Below, piece after piece: positions 20,202 through 29,221 of a DNA stretch of 64,000 nucleotides. This stretch comes from Candidatus Saccharimonadia bacterium (lineage in GTDB: Bacteria; Patescibacteriota; Saccharimonadia; UBA4664): positions 13,531-77,530 of the forward strand of contig JBGTMQ010000015.1 in assembly GCA_041743505.1 (NCBI GenBank), written 5' to 3'. The notes below the pieces were generated by a model. That model was not told the DNA's origin. It did not search any database and worked only from the letters and a program-made list of their open reading frames with translations. The number at the start of each line of letters is the position of its first letter. Position 1 is the first letter of the stretch. A program made the translations under genes and the position numbers.

Positions 20202-20232
20202 AAAACAACATAACCTTAGGAGGGTTGCAACC

Positions 20233-20853
20233 ATGGCCGAACCATTAACCAAACGTCAGAAAGAGGTGTTAGACTACGTCACGCAGTTCATTGAGCTGCA
20301 TGGGTACGCACCGAGCTACCGCGAGATCGCTTCGCACTTTCATTACGGTTCAGTAGCAACGGTTGCCGAGCACATTGAGTCTCTCGTAGCTAAAGGTATG
20401 CTCCAAAAAGGCGACAACGAAGCCCGGTCCATTCAGCTCGTCCGCGCCGACAACATTGATGTCACCCCTAGCATCGGCCTGCCCATCCTGGGCCTCGTAG
20501 CTGCCGGCCAGCCGATCGAGACACTTGGCACCCACGCCGAGACCCTCGAGGTACCGCCCTTCATGGTTGGGCGCCGCAACTCCTACGTCCTGCAGGTCAA
20601 AGGCCAGTCCATGATCGATGAGGGCATCAACGATGGCGACTATGTCGTGGTGCAAGAAAAAGACGTGCCATCAAACGGTGAGATGGTCATCGCCCTCATC
20701 AACGGCGGTGAAGCAACGCTCAAGCGCTACTTCAAGGAAAAAGGCCACATCCGCCTCCAACCCTCCAACGCCGCCATGGAGCCTATCATCATCAAGCCGG
20801 GTACGCCTATCGAAATTCAAGGCACTGTAATCGGCCTCATCCGGAAGTACTAG
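20233..20853 (+). CDS. lexA: LexA repressor
   Basis: N-terminal wHTH, AAGQP cleavage-site region, S24 peptidase Ser (GQSM) and Lys (LKRY). Confidence 0.9.
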   Translation: MAEPLTKRQKEVLDYVTQFIELHGYAPSYREIASHFHYGSVATVAEHIESLVAKGMLQKGDNEARSIQLVRADNIDVTPSIGLPILGLVAAGQPIETLGTHAETLEVPPFMVGRRNSYVLQVKGQSMIDEGINDGDYVVVQEKDVPSNGEMVIALINGGEATLKRYFKEKGHIRLQPSNAAMEPIIIKPGTPIEIQGTVIGLIRKY

Positions 20854-20855
20854 TC

Positions 20856-21059
20856 ATGAACGAACCCATAATGTTCGACTGCCGGTTATATGTCTCAACG
20901 CTAGGACCAATCCGCCCGGTCCTTACACAAGAAACTGGCCCATATAAATCCATTGAGTTTGCTCCCATTGAGTACAACAAACTAGTAGATCCGAGTTTCC
21001 GCCAGTTAATCGAAGCCTTCGAAACATTGCCGCAACCCCTCCAAATTGTGCAGGTCTAA
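20856..21059 (+). CDS. Small hypothetical protein co-transcribed with lexA
   Basis: ATG 2 nt after the lexA stop; 67 aa; no recognizable domain. Confidence 0.4.
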   Translation: MNEPIMFDCRLYVSTLGPIRPVLTQETGPYKSIEFAPIEYNKLVDPSFRQLIEAFETLPQPLQIVQV

Positions 21060-21162
21060 GAGGGGTGGAGCGAAGGTTTTCGTCCTGCGAAGAGAAAGTG
21101 CGGTCACCCGTTCGCTTTCGAGTGAGCAGGACAAAGCCGAAGCAATAACTGAAGTCTGAACA

Positions 21163-21897
21163 CTAGTCCCGCCGACGCAGCGTAGCGGCACCAGCAGCCA
21201 GTGCTACGAGCGCAAAAGCACCGATGATAAGCAAATCGAAGACGAGATCACTCGTCCAGCCGGAATGCTCGGTGATATTTTTCATCGCATCGACACTGTA
21301 GGTAAGTGGCAATACACTTGATATCCACTGTAAAACTTCTGCCATCTTTTCACGGTCGATAAACAGCCCGCATATCAAAATCTGGGGTAGCGCAAAAGCC
21401 GGCAGGAACTGAACCGCCTGGAATTCATTACGGGCAAAGGCGCTCACGAATAATCCGAGCGCCATCCCCAATAACCCGGTAATCACCGCCGTCACAAACA
21501 CCGGCAAGGCTCCAGCCTCTACGGTTACCTCAAGTAGGCCGAGCGTAACCCAGCTGGCTAGCATGCTTTGAATTAGCGCCAAAAAAGTAAAAGCCAGTGC
21601 ATACCCGAGCAGCAAATCAAGACGCGACATCGGCAAAGTCATCAGCCGCTCAAGCGTGCCGGCCGTCCGCTCCCGAAGCGTAGCCACCGACGACACTACG
21701 AACATGACCACGAAGGGGAATATGCCAAGCAGCATCGGCGCCAAGTTATTAAATGCGGCCGGCGCATCATTAAAAACGTACTTAAACAGCGTAATAAGAA
21801 CGCAGGGCACTACCAGCACCAACGCCAAAGTCCGCGGATCATGGCGCAATTGCAACAGCACCCGGGCAGCAGTAGCAAAAATCCTTCTCAGACTCAT
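21163..21897 (-). CDS. ABC-2 type exporter permease
   Basis: 6 TM, 244 aa, overlaps the upstream ATPase gene by 4 nt. Confidence 0.8.
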   Translation of the reverse strand: MSLRRIFATAARVLLQLRHDPRTLALVLVVPCVLITLFKYVFNDAPAAFNNLAPMLLGIFPFVVMFVVSSVATLRERTAGTLERLMTLPMSRLDLLLGYALAFTFLALIQSMLASWVTLGLLEVTVEAGALPVFVTAVITGLLGMALGLFVSAFARNEFQAVQFLPAFALPQILICGLFIDREKMAEVLQWISSVLPLTYSVDAMKNITEHSGWTSDLVFDLLIIGAFALVALAAGAATLRRRD

Positions 21898-22604
21898 TTG
21901 GCTGCTCCCACAAGTTTAATAAACGCAGCCTCAATTGAGGCGGTTTGTGTTCTAACCTGTAGCTCCTTCGGCGTACCCAGGGCCAACAGCCGCCCATCAC
22001 GCAGCAGCATCAGTTGGTCGCAATGGTCAGCTTCATCCATCGCATGGCTCGAAACCAGGATAGTGATGCCGGCCTTCGTCAGCGCCCGGAACTGACCCCA
22101 GAGCTGGGCCCGCAAGATAGGGTCCACCCCAACGGTCGGCTCATCCAGCACCAATAGCTTGGGGTGACCGAGCAAGGCTACAGCCAGCGACGCCCGCGAC
22201 CGCTGGCCGCCGGATAGTTTACTAGCCAGCTGGCCCGCCTGCGCTGTCAGCCCCACATCAGCTAGCACGGCCTCAACCCGCGAGCCAGGCACCCCGGACA
22301 TGGCAGCGAAGTAACGCAGGTTTTCCGCCACCGTTAAGTCACCATACACCGAAGGGGCTTGGGTAACGTAGCCGATTTCCCGGCGAAGCGCAGACGACCC
22401 GGCCGGCTGGCCCAACACCGTCACACTGCCGGGCTTAATGCGCTGCAGCCCCACAATCGCCCGCATCAGCGTGGTTTTGCCCGCGCCGGACGGCCCTAGC
22501 AGTCCGATAACCTGCCCGGTCGGCAGTTCGGCCGTAATATTCTCCAAAATCGGCTGCTTGTCGCGGGCTACTGACAGCGAATTAAGCTTAATGGCCGCAT
22601 TCAT
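21894..22604 (-). CDS. ABC transporter ATP-binding protein
   Basis: Walker A GPSGAGKTT, signature LSGGQRSR, Walker B LLVLDEPT. Confidence 0.9.
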   Translation of the reverse strand: MNAAIKLNSLSVARDKQPILENITAELPTGQVIGLLGPSGAGKTTLMRAIVGLQRIKPGSVTVLGQPAGSSALRREIGYVTQAPSVYGDLTVAENLRYFAAMSGVPGSRVEAVLADVGLTAQAGQLASKLSGGQRSRASLAVALLGHPKLLVLDEPTVGVDPILRAQLWGQFRALTKAGITILVSSHAMDEADHCDQLMLLRDGRLLALGTPKELQVRTQTASIEAAFIKLVGAAK

Positions 22605-22622
22605 GCTATTATCATATCACGC

Positions 22623-23198
22623 TTATGCTTGACTTACCCGAGACAGTTCTCGCAACATTGCCTCCGCTCGCCGGTGCAAAGCTTCCCGCCCGGCATCGTT
22701 GCTAATGGTCACGTCCGCCATCGCCAGCACCTCTGCCATATTCGTTGCGTTAGGATTAGTGCTAGTGTCTTCAGCACTCACCTGAAGCTTAAACTCCTCA
22801 AATGTCACATGGTCTTTATCCCCGCTCCGCTCCTGTGCTCGCTTGTAGCGCAGCTCAAGGGGCAGATCCAGGGCTACAATCGTCCCGCCGTCCCGCTTAA
22901 CTACCTCAACCTCGTGAGGGTTACGCATGCCGCTAATAACCAAGTGCTTGGCGTCACTGCGCACAGCCAGCTCGGCCAAATAGCCAGGGCCATGCTCGGT
23001 GCGCAAGAAGTTACCAACCTGCTGCAGCAACGGGCGGGTCGCCTCACCCAAATTATTTTCCAAAATATAAAACCGCAAAAAATCGCCTGTCGATACATGT
23101 ACAAATCCATACTGCTCTACGAGGTATGCGGCCAAGGTGTCTTTGCCGGTCAATGGTTTACCGACCAGGCCGATCTTCATCGGGGGTAGTTTTGTCAT
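22623..23198 (-). CDS. P-loop nucleotide/nucleoside kinase-like protein (adenylate-kinase-like NMP-binding motif)
   Basis: GLVGKPLTGKDT P-loop and HVSTGDFLR motif; 191 aa. Confidence 0.5.
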   Translation of the reverse strand: MTKLPPMKIGLVGKPLTGKDTLAAYLVEQYGFVHVSTGDFLRFYILENNLGEATRPLLQQVGNFLRTEHGPGYLAELAVRSDAKHLVISGMRNPHEVEVVKRDGGTIVALDLPLELRYKRAQERSGDKDHVTFEEFKLQVSAEDTSTNPNATNMAEVLAMADVTISNDAGREALHRRAEAMLRELSRVSQA

Positions 23199-23285
23199 GG
23201 CCCCATTCTAACCTGGTAATTGTGGCTATGTCCAAGGTTATTACGGGTGGGTACGCTATAATCGCTAGTGAAACAGGAGACGCCT

Positions 23286-24017
23286 ATGCCTGCCTCAGCA
23301 GAAAAAACGCTCAGCCCAACCACCGGCAACATCCAGCGTGAAAATCACAGATCCCACCGGTCGGCCTGGCTGCGGGCGGCGGTTCTTGGCGCCGACGACG
23401 GTATCGTATCTACGGCCAGTCTAATGCTGGGTGTGGCCGGCGCCCTCGCGGACAAACCGGCCATCCTAACCGCCGGCCTGGCCGGCCTTATCGCCGGCGC
23501 CCTGTCCATGGCCGTAGGCGAGTACGTGTCGGTGGGCTCCCAGCGCGACTCCGAGAACGCCGACCTGGTCATCGAGGCGCGGGAGCTCAAAGCCTTCGCC
23601 GGCGAGGAACTAGAGGAGCTCAAACAAATCTACGTCGATCGCGGCCTCACTCCCGAGCTGGCTCACCAGGTCGCCACCCAGCTCCACGAGCGGGACGCTC
23701 TGACCGCCCACGCCCGCGACGAGCTTGGCATTGACCATGAAGACCTGTCCAACCCAACTCAGGCCGCCGTCAGCTCGGCCCTGTCCTTCGCGGGTGGCGC
23801 CGCCCTGCCCCTCATTGCCGCCATGCTGTTCACGGGTGCAGCCAGCTCCTGGGCTATCGTCATCACCGCCTTAATTGCGCTCGGTATCCTTGGCGCACTC
23901 GGCGCGGTGGTCGGCGGCGGCAACAAGGTCCGGGCCGCCCTGCGCGTTTTGGTGGGCGGCAGCGTCGCCATGGCCGTCACCTATCTGGTTGGGAGCCTGG
24001 TGGGTACCCACCTCTAA
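23286..24017 (+). CDS. VIT1/CCC1-family iron/manganese transporter
   Basis: RAAVLGADDGIVSTASLMLGVAGA signature. ATG 23286 with AGGAG SD (the track started at GTG 23268). Confidence 0.8.
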   Translation: MPASAEKTLSPTTGNIQRENHRSHRSAWLRAAVLGADDGIVSTASLMLGVAGALADKPAILTAGLAGLIAGALSMAVGEYVSVGSQRDSENADLVIEARELKAFAGEELEELKQIYVDRGLTPELAHQVATQLHERDALTAHARDELGIDHEDLSNPTQAAVSSALSFAGGAALPLIAAMLFTGAASSWAIVITALIALGILGALGAVVGGGNKVRAALRVLVGGSVAMAVTYLVGSLVGTHL

Positions 24018-24209
24018 AAAGAGCCGGGCCGGCTTATGACGCGGCGAAGGCTGCCGCCCGCTCCATCCCATCCCATGGGCGTATGGTAGTCTTCTGCTTG
24101 GCATTGGGCAAAAGCTTGAGTTGACTAAATAGTCACTATATCGTACACTCATTATCGCATTCAGGTCTCTGCCATGTTCGTCCGGACACTACACCCTGGA
24201 GGCTTTCAC

Positions 24210-24629
24210 ATGGACTTCCTCAGCGGCGTTATGAAGCCGCTTGGCGAATTACCGCTCGATGAACGCCAGAAGCTGGCCCGGCTTTTGCAACTGCGCAACG
24301 AATATCTCGACGCCACCAGCAAACTCAACCAGCTCAAGATCAATCAGCTGCTCAATCCCACGCCCAGCGGTGACCAGGACATCGTCGACTTCACCAGGAT
24401 CACGGTCGCACCCGTCCGCCATAGCATGAACGAGGCGCAGGCAGAGGTGTTCAAGACTAGCGTGAACCTCGACGAACTTATGGGATTTCTGCCAGTCGTC
24501 CTACTGGGGCTGCTCCAGCACGTAAATGTGAGCCTGATGCTTGCGACCATTGGCATCGATTCCGACCAAATCGCCGATGTAGTCGGAAAGATCAAAGAGT
24601 ACGTCACCGAACGGTTGGGCGACTCGTAA
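24210..24629 (+). CDS. Hypothetical protein
   Basis: ATG 24210 with GGAGG SD; promoter TTGACT-17-TACACT upstream. Confidence 0.4.
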   Translation: MDFLSGVMKPLGELPLDERQKLARLLQLRNEYLDATSKLNQLKINQLLNPTPSGDQDIVDFTRITVAPVRHSMNEAQAEVFKTSVNLDELMGFLPVVLLGLLQHVNVSLMLATIGIDSDQIADVVGKIKEYVTERLGDS

Positions 24630-24646
24630 CCCGCCCAAAGTTAAAT

Positions 24647-24677
24647 GCCCCCACGGAAGTTCCGTGGGGGCATCTTT
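24647..24677. terminator. Bidirectional intrinsic terminator
   Basis: Perfect 11-bp stem gcccccacgga/tccgtgggggc, 3-nt loop, then atcttt. Confidence 0.7.
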
Positions 24678-24693
24678 AGCTTCTGATTCTATG

Positions 24694-25596
24694 TCAGCTC
24701 ACCAGCATGGGGATCTGGTAAGGCTCGGCCGAGTCGAGGCTCGACCCCTTGGCCCGCAGCATGGTGGCCTTACGGGGGCCGTCAAACAGCCGCCGGAAAT
24801 CGACGAAGAAGTCGCCATTGGCCATCAGCACGCTAGCCAGCTCAACGCCGACCACCCGGTTTGGCAGCACTGCCGCCAGATCCGGGTGAATCAAGTCGAG
24901 CTCACTGTAGTGCACCCGTCCCCCAACATCGAACTCGTCGGTCCCGACAATCAGCCGGTGATTGACGTCGACGGGGTGGCGGAACTGCGGAATCTCGCCG
25001 TGAGCATCGATTGCAGGCATCCGCAAGACCTCATAATCCCGCGGATCGTAGCAAATCGCTACCGGCTCGGCTTTCTGGCCGCCGGTCTGGCCAGGGAAAC
25101 AACCAATGGCCAGTGCGTCGTCCGGGTGCTCCCGGAGGTAGTAGTCCAGCAACGCCGCCCCAATGTTCGGCCGCAGCTCCGGCTTGACCAGCTGGAAGGC
25201 GATGCTGATCTCCTGTGCAGTGGCCTGGTTGGCCACCACCCAGGTGTAGATACCCGACTGAAACACGCTGACGCCCTTGGTTATGGCGCCAAATGAGCGG
25301 GTGCCACGACTCAGCGTCGGCGGGTTATATGCCGGCACCGCCGCCCACATGTCGTCCAGCAGGTGCCCAAGCGAGTTGGTGCGCAGGAAGTTTTCCTGGG
25401 TCAAAGGACGGTCCTCAGCCACGGGAATGTGCAGAATGATGGCATTGGCTTCTGCGCGCCCGCCGGTGTAACGACTCTGGCGCCTCGGCTCGTTGCCATA
25501 GAGCACCAGGTGCTGCGGCCTACCATTTCGGGTGACACGGGCGCCGGCAATCGTTGTGGTACCAAAGCTGGTATCAGGCAATAATGCTACACACAT
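24694..25596 (-). CDS. Ntn-hydrolase-like protein with N-terminal Cys (choloylglycine-hydrolase / linear-amide C-N hydrolase-like)
   Basis: Starts MC...; spacing of C2...RN resembles the CBAH family; 300 aa; weak. Confidence 0.4.
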   Translation of the reverse strand: MCVALLPDTSFGTTTIAGARVTRNGRPQHLVLYGNEPRRQSRYTGGRAEANAIILHIPVAEDRPLTQENFLRTNSLGHLLDDMWAAVPAYNPPTLSRGTRSFGAITKGVSVFQSGIYTWVVANQATAQEISIAFQLVKPELRPNIGAALLDYYLREHPDDALAIGCFPGQTGGQKAEPVAICYDPRDYEVLRMPAIDAHGEIPQFRHPVDVNHRLIVGTDEFDVGGRVHYSELDLIHPDLAAVLPNRVVGVELASVLMANGDFFVDFRRLFDGPRKATMLRAKGSSLDSAEPYQIPMLVS

Positions 25597-25634
25597 CGGA
25601 GACTCCTAAAAGGTCTCGACAGTTGGACTGTAAT

Positions 25635-25663
25635 ATTATAACACGTTTAAAATATTTAATCAA
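25635..25663 (-). promoter_or_regulatory. Promoter TTGATT-17-TATAAT for the Ntn-hydrolase-like gene
   Basis: Reverse-strand hexamers at 25663-25658 and 25640-25635; AGGAG SD downstream. Confidence 0.5.
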
Positions 25664-25683
25664 TAGAAAAGGCCGGATAGATT

Positions 25684-26193
25684 TTAGCGGAGTAAACGAC
25701 GCTTCTCAGCCGCGTACTCAGCCTCGGTCAAGTGACCACGCTCCTTCAGCATTGCCAGTCGCTCCAATTCCTCCAGGTAACTCTCGGTTTGCTCACTCTC
25801 TGGGCTCGCAGCCTTAGTATGACCCGCCAGATGGCTTTGAATAATGCGATGTAGTTCCTGGACGCCCTCGAATGATCCAAGCAGCATTTTACTCGAGTCA
25901 TTACCGGTTGATATCACCAGCGAGCCGTGAGTAGCGCGGGCTCCTTTTGTCACCGAGACGTTATTAATCTTCGTGTACGGTATCTCAGTCACCGACTTAA
26001 TAAGCCAGCCCTTGTGCAGAATAATCGAAGTATCGGTCGCCACAACCTTTGTATTGAAGTAATACAGCAAACTGGCCAGGATGATGATCAGTCCCAAACC
26101 AAATACGGGTGTGAGCAAAACGCCAATAAAAATTCCCAAATAAAGATTGCTCTTCGCCGGCTTAAATACTTGTCCCTGTGTGGCTGGGTCCAT
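25684..26193 (-). CDS. Membrane protein with bacterial PH (bPH_2/YdbS-like) and C-terminal SHOCT domains
   Basis: 2 TM, then a PH-like core, then LERLAMLKERGHLTEAEYAAEKRRLL (SHOCT). Confidence 0.65.
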   Translation of the reverse strand: MDPATQGQVFKPAKSNLYLGIFIGVLLTPVFGLGLIIILASLLYYFNTKVVATDTSIILHKGWLIKSVTEIPYTKINNVSVTKGARATHGSLVISTGNDSSKMLLGSFEGVQELHRIIQSHLAGHTKAASPESEQTESYLEELERLAMLKERGHLTEAEYAAEKRRLLR

Positions 26194-26252
26194 TGGTGGC
26201 TCCTCATTGTGGTTAATTGTAGCCTAGCCACACCACTTTCGTCCATTTAGCT

Positions 26253-26289
26253 AAGGCCCGGGATAGGAGTAATCTCCTTCCCGGGCCTT
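26253..26289. other. Long near-perfect hairpin (16-bp stem, 1 bulge, loop TAAT) between two minus-strand genes
   Basis: aaggcccgggataggag taat ctccttcccgggcctt. Confidence 0.4.
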
Positions 26290-26298
26290 GTTCATCCC

Positions 26299-26868
26299 CT
26301 ATGGGTTCTCCCATGAATTCTCGGACTCACGCTGGTCCCGCAGACTCCGCACATACCGCTCTTGCCGCTTGATGCCGAACCCCAGAAGAGTCCCAATAAC
26401 TACCGCCGAGCCCACCGCAAGAAATGCCGCGAGCAAACCGTAGTCACCAATCCGGTAGGGCTCGCGGGGACCGTAGCGGTCGTAGCGGATATCGCCGGTC
26501 ACGTAGCTGTCACCGGTACGGGTGTTACGCCAGACATTTGCGGTATGCCGCTCGCTGTCCGTCTGGTACATCAAAACCTTGATAGTTGCGCCATATGAGT
26601 CGACCACCGTCACTTGCTGCACGGGTTCCGTGAAATTTCTGGGGACCAGACCACCCCGGTCTGTAATGAGGCTCACATGCGGCGTGCCCCATTCGGCCTT
26701 TGACGCTCGCAGTTCGTTGGCCTCCGTGGACAGGATCCAGTTGAAGCCCACCGCGGACATGATAGCTGCGATCACCAGCCCGGTCAGACCACCCCAGAGC
26801 ATGCCATAACGGCTGCCTGGGAGCTTCGCTGAACGCGGGAGCGTGGAGGGTTGAGTCAATGCGCTCAC
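26299..26868 (-). CDS. Hypothetical two-TM membrane protein
   Basis: GTG start; 189 aa; promoter TTGCAT-17-TGaTATTAT at 26946-26918. Confidence 0.5.
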   Translation of the reverse strand: MSALTQPSTLPRSAKLPGSRYGMLWGGLTGLVIAAIMSAVGFNWILSTEANELRASKAEWGTPHVSLITDRGGLVPRNFTEPVQQVTVVDSYGATIKVLMYQTDSERHTANVWRNTRTGDSYVTGDIRYDRYGPREPYRIGDYGLLAAFLAVGSAVVIGTLLGFGIKRQERYVRSLRDQRESENSWENP

Positions 26869-27109
26869 CTGCTTCTCATTTGGGGTACGCCCGGCATGTA
26901 TAGACGGGTATTACATAATAATATCATAAAATGCCGATTAATGCAATAAATATCGCGGCGGTGGGGTTTCCCTACCGCCGCTTCGTTCGTCTACTCTGAT
27001 GCCTCAGCCCCCTCAGGCCGTACTATGCTCAGCCCAACCGGCGTAATCTGGTACATCCGCCTTGGCATAGGGAGACATGGGCCCCTCCCTTGAGAAGTAG
27101 CAAATCGCA

Positions 27110-27451
27110 TCAAAGTGTACTATTCACCCGTGCCAAATCAGGATGCCGACGAGCCAGTTCCTGCCAGAGTGTCTGGTGAACGATATTAGCGAGAACATCG
27201 TCCCATGTAGTAGCCTCATTCGAATCAAACTCAAATCGCTCAGGCGGACGAATATATTGGCGCTTTAGTTCCTCCAGGAGTGCAGCCCGATGGGCAACTA
27301 ATGGCGCCCAAGCAGCGTATGCTTTGTGAAGCGCCTCCGTGAAATCTATAATCTGAGAGTCAAAATTCTTCCGCCACTCCTTGGCGCTATCCCGGCACCG
27401 TTCGGCCGCTTCCTGCAAAATACCGTCAATAACTTTAGCACCGCTTGTCAT
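27110..27451 (-). CDS. Hypothetical protein
   Basis: Start trimmed to MTSGAK (ATG 27451, GGAGC SD). Confidence 0.4.
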   Translation of the reverse strand: MTSGAKVIDGILQEAAERCRDSAKEWRKNFDSQIIDFTEALHKAYAAWAPLVAHRAALLEELKRQYIRPPERFEFDSNEATTWDDVLANIVHQTLWQELARRHPDLARVNSTL

Positions 27452-27540
27452 GGAATCCGCTCCAAACCTGGGGAATGAACTACAACAAGCGAAATTATAC
27501 TTCCTTATAGCCACTTTTTAAACAGTAAAAGCATCATATT

Positions 27541-27569
27541 TTGACAAAAAGTGAATAATAAAGTATAAT
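27541..27569 (+). promoter_or_regulatory. Perfect consensus promoter TTGACA-17-TATAAT
   Basis: Hexamers at 27541-27546 and 27564-27569; drives the 27626 gene. Confidence 0.55.
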
Positions 27570-27625
27570 AGTATAGTCCTACACCAACCTGTGGCCATAC
27601 AGGGCTGACTGGAAGCGAGTTTACC

Positions 27626-28057
27626 ATGCCCCTCCTCGTCTCGTTCACCGCTGGAAACTATCTCCACTCACATATCTTCGAGCAGCTGGAAGCACCTGGT
27701 ACAAAGCAGGCGGTTCTCGACCTTCAAGCAAGAGCTGCTGAGGAGTACAGTTTCTCGAATGTCATCATCGGCGGATGGGATGTACTGCCCGGTCATATGT
27801 CATTCCCGGCGAGACTCGGAGGTCGCTATGACTACTTCGTGACCTACCGCCTTGGCAAGCCGAATGACACGGGTCATGGCACCTCGCACCTATCGAGCGA
27901 TATGCTGATCACTTCCACCTTGGCCCTCCGGTCAGTTGAAGAGGGTCTTCGCTCAGAAGGCCGCTACAGCTGGCTGCGCTTGGTCAGCTGCAAGGCCTTG
28001 TTCGGATCGACCCCTGTGCCTTGGACACCCTACAAGAAGCACGAGGCTGCCGTCTAA
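27626..28057 (+). CDS. Hypothetical protein (MPLLVSF... N-terminus)
   Basis: 143 aa, followed by a strong terminator. Confidence 0.5.
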   Translation: MPLLVSFTAGNYLHSHIFEQLEAPGTKQAVLDLQARAAEEYSFSNVIIGGWDVLPGHMSFPARLGGRYDYFVTYRLGKPNDTGHGTSHLSSDMLITSTLALRSVEEGLRSEGRYSWLRLVSCKALFGSTPVPWTPYKKHEAAV

Positions 28058-28133
28058 CCGTTAACAACAGCAAGCCGTCGGGATTTATCAGTTACCCGTA
28101 ATCAAAACTGTTCGGTTGAGGCTCTGCCTCCAT

Positions 28134-28160
28134 CCCGCCACCGTAAGGGCGGGTTTTTTT
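28134..28160 (+). terminator. Rho-independent terminator
   Basis: cccgcc accgtaa gggcggg followed by TTTTTTT. Confidence 0.8.
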
Positions 28161-28161
28161 G

Positions 28162-28198
28162 TAAAAACGACAGCCGCTGGTTAGCGTTTCCGGCTGTC
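28162..28198 (-). terminator. Terminator for the CorC-family gene (hairpin overlaps its stop codon)
   Basis: gacagccg...cggctgtc stem, then GTTTTTAC on the minus strand. Confidence 0.55.
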
Positions 28199-29221
28199 GT
28201 CCCGAATTTCACCCACCAACTCCTCCAGTACATCCTCCAGCGCCACCACGCCGATCACCTGGTTGCCCCGCCCGGTAACCTGGGCCAGATGGGTATTCAG
28301 ACGCTGCATGTTCGTCAAAGTCGCCCGAAGCGACGCCCGTTGCTTCACTTCAATCAATGGACGAATAACTTCCTTTGGAATCCGCGCCTCATGCTTGCTC
28401 TCGGGTATGCTCAAAATATCCTTTAGGTGAACATAGCCGAGCAGCCCGTCCCGGTCATTGCGCATCGGAAAACGGGAATAGCCGGTGGCCGCGGCCAGCT
28501 CCTCTACCTCAGCCGGGGTAGTCTCGGGTGATATGGTCACCAGCCCGTCGTGAGGCAGCAGCACTGAGCTAACGGTTCGTTCATCAAACCGCAGCGCACC
28601 GGCTAGTAAGTTACCTTCATCCTCGCTCAATAAACCTTCGCGCTGCGACTCCTTTACAAAGCCGGCTACTTCATCCCGGGTGAATGTGCTGGTTATTTCG
28701 GGCTTAGGCTTGATGCCTAGTAGCCGCAAGCCGCCGTTCGCCAGGGCGTTCATTACCAGCACTACCGGCTTGATAACCCGCACAATAAACGCCAAAGCCG
28801 GCGTCAGCATCAGCGCTGTCCGGTCCGGATTGGCCAATGCCAGGTTCTTAGGCACCATTTCACCAATAACCACGTGCAGATAAACCATTACCACCAATGC
28901 CACTACCAGTGAAGTTGGGTGCAGCAGCGCCTCAGGCACATTGAGGGCATGGAACGGCCCCTCCAACAAATGAGCAAACACCGGTTCGCCCACCGCGCCT
29001 AAGATCAGCGAGCACAGGGTTACGCCTAGCTGCGCCCCCGCTAGCATCAGCGAAACATGCTCCATTGCATCCAACGTAATCTTGGCCGCCCGGGATCCAC
29101 TCAAAGCCATCAGCTCAATGCTACTGCGCCGGGCCGACACCAGGCCAAACTCAGCTCCCACGAAGAAGGCGTTTCCCAGCAACATCAAAACGGCTATCAG
29201 AAGGGATAATTCAAAACTCAT
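28181..29221 (-). CDS. HlyC/CorC-family transporter (CNNM/DUF21 TM domain, CBS pair, CorC_HlyC)
   Basis: 346 aa, domain order typical of TlyC/CorC. Confidence 0.85.
   Translation of the reverse strand: MSFELSLLIAVLMLLGNAFFVGAEFGLVSARRSSIELMALSGSRAAKITLDAMEHVSLMLAGAQLGVTLCSLILGAVGEPVFAHLLEGPFHALNVPEALLHPTSLVVALVVMVYLHVVIGEMVPKNLALANPDRTALMLTPALAFIVRVIKPVVLVMNALANGGLRLLGIKPKPEITSTFTRDEVAGFVKESQREGLLSEDEGNLLAGALRFDERTVSSVLLPHDGLVTISPETTPAEVEELAAATGYSRFPMRNDRDGLLGYVHLKDILSIPESKHEARIPKEVIRPLIEVKQRASLRATLTNMQRLNTHLAQVTGRGNQVIGVVALEDVLEELVGEIRDDSRKR

Noticed and set aside
20173-20232. Canonical LexA (Cheo-type CGAAC-N4-GTTCG) operator upstream of lexA
   Set aside because: No clean Cheo box. GTTCGGTAACATGAAAAC overlaps the -10 and is noted only as a possibility.
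18605-21162. A Pup-like gene near the PafA/Dop homolog
   Set aside because: No small ORF with an acidic disordered body and a C-terminal GGQ/GGE was found in the flanks. A manual scan cannot exclude a very short or distant gene.
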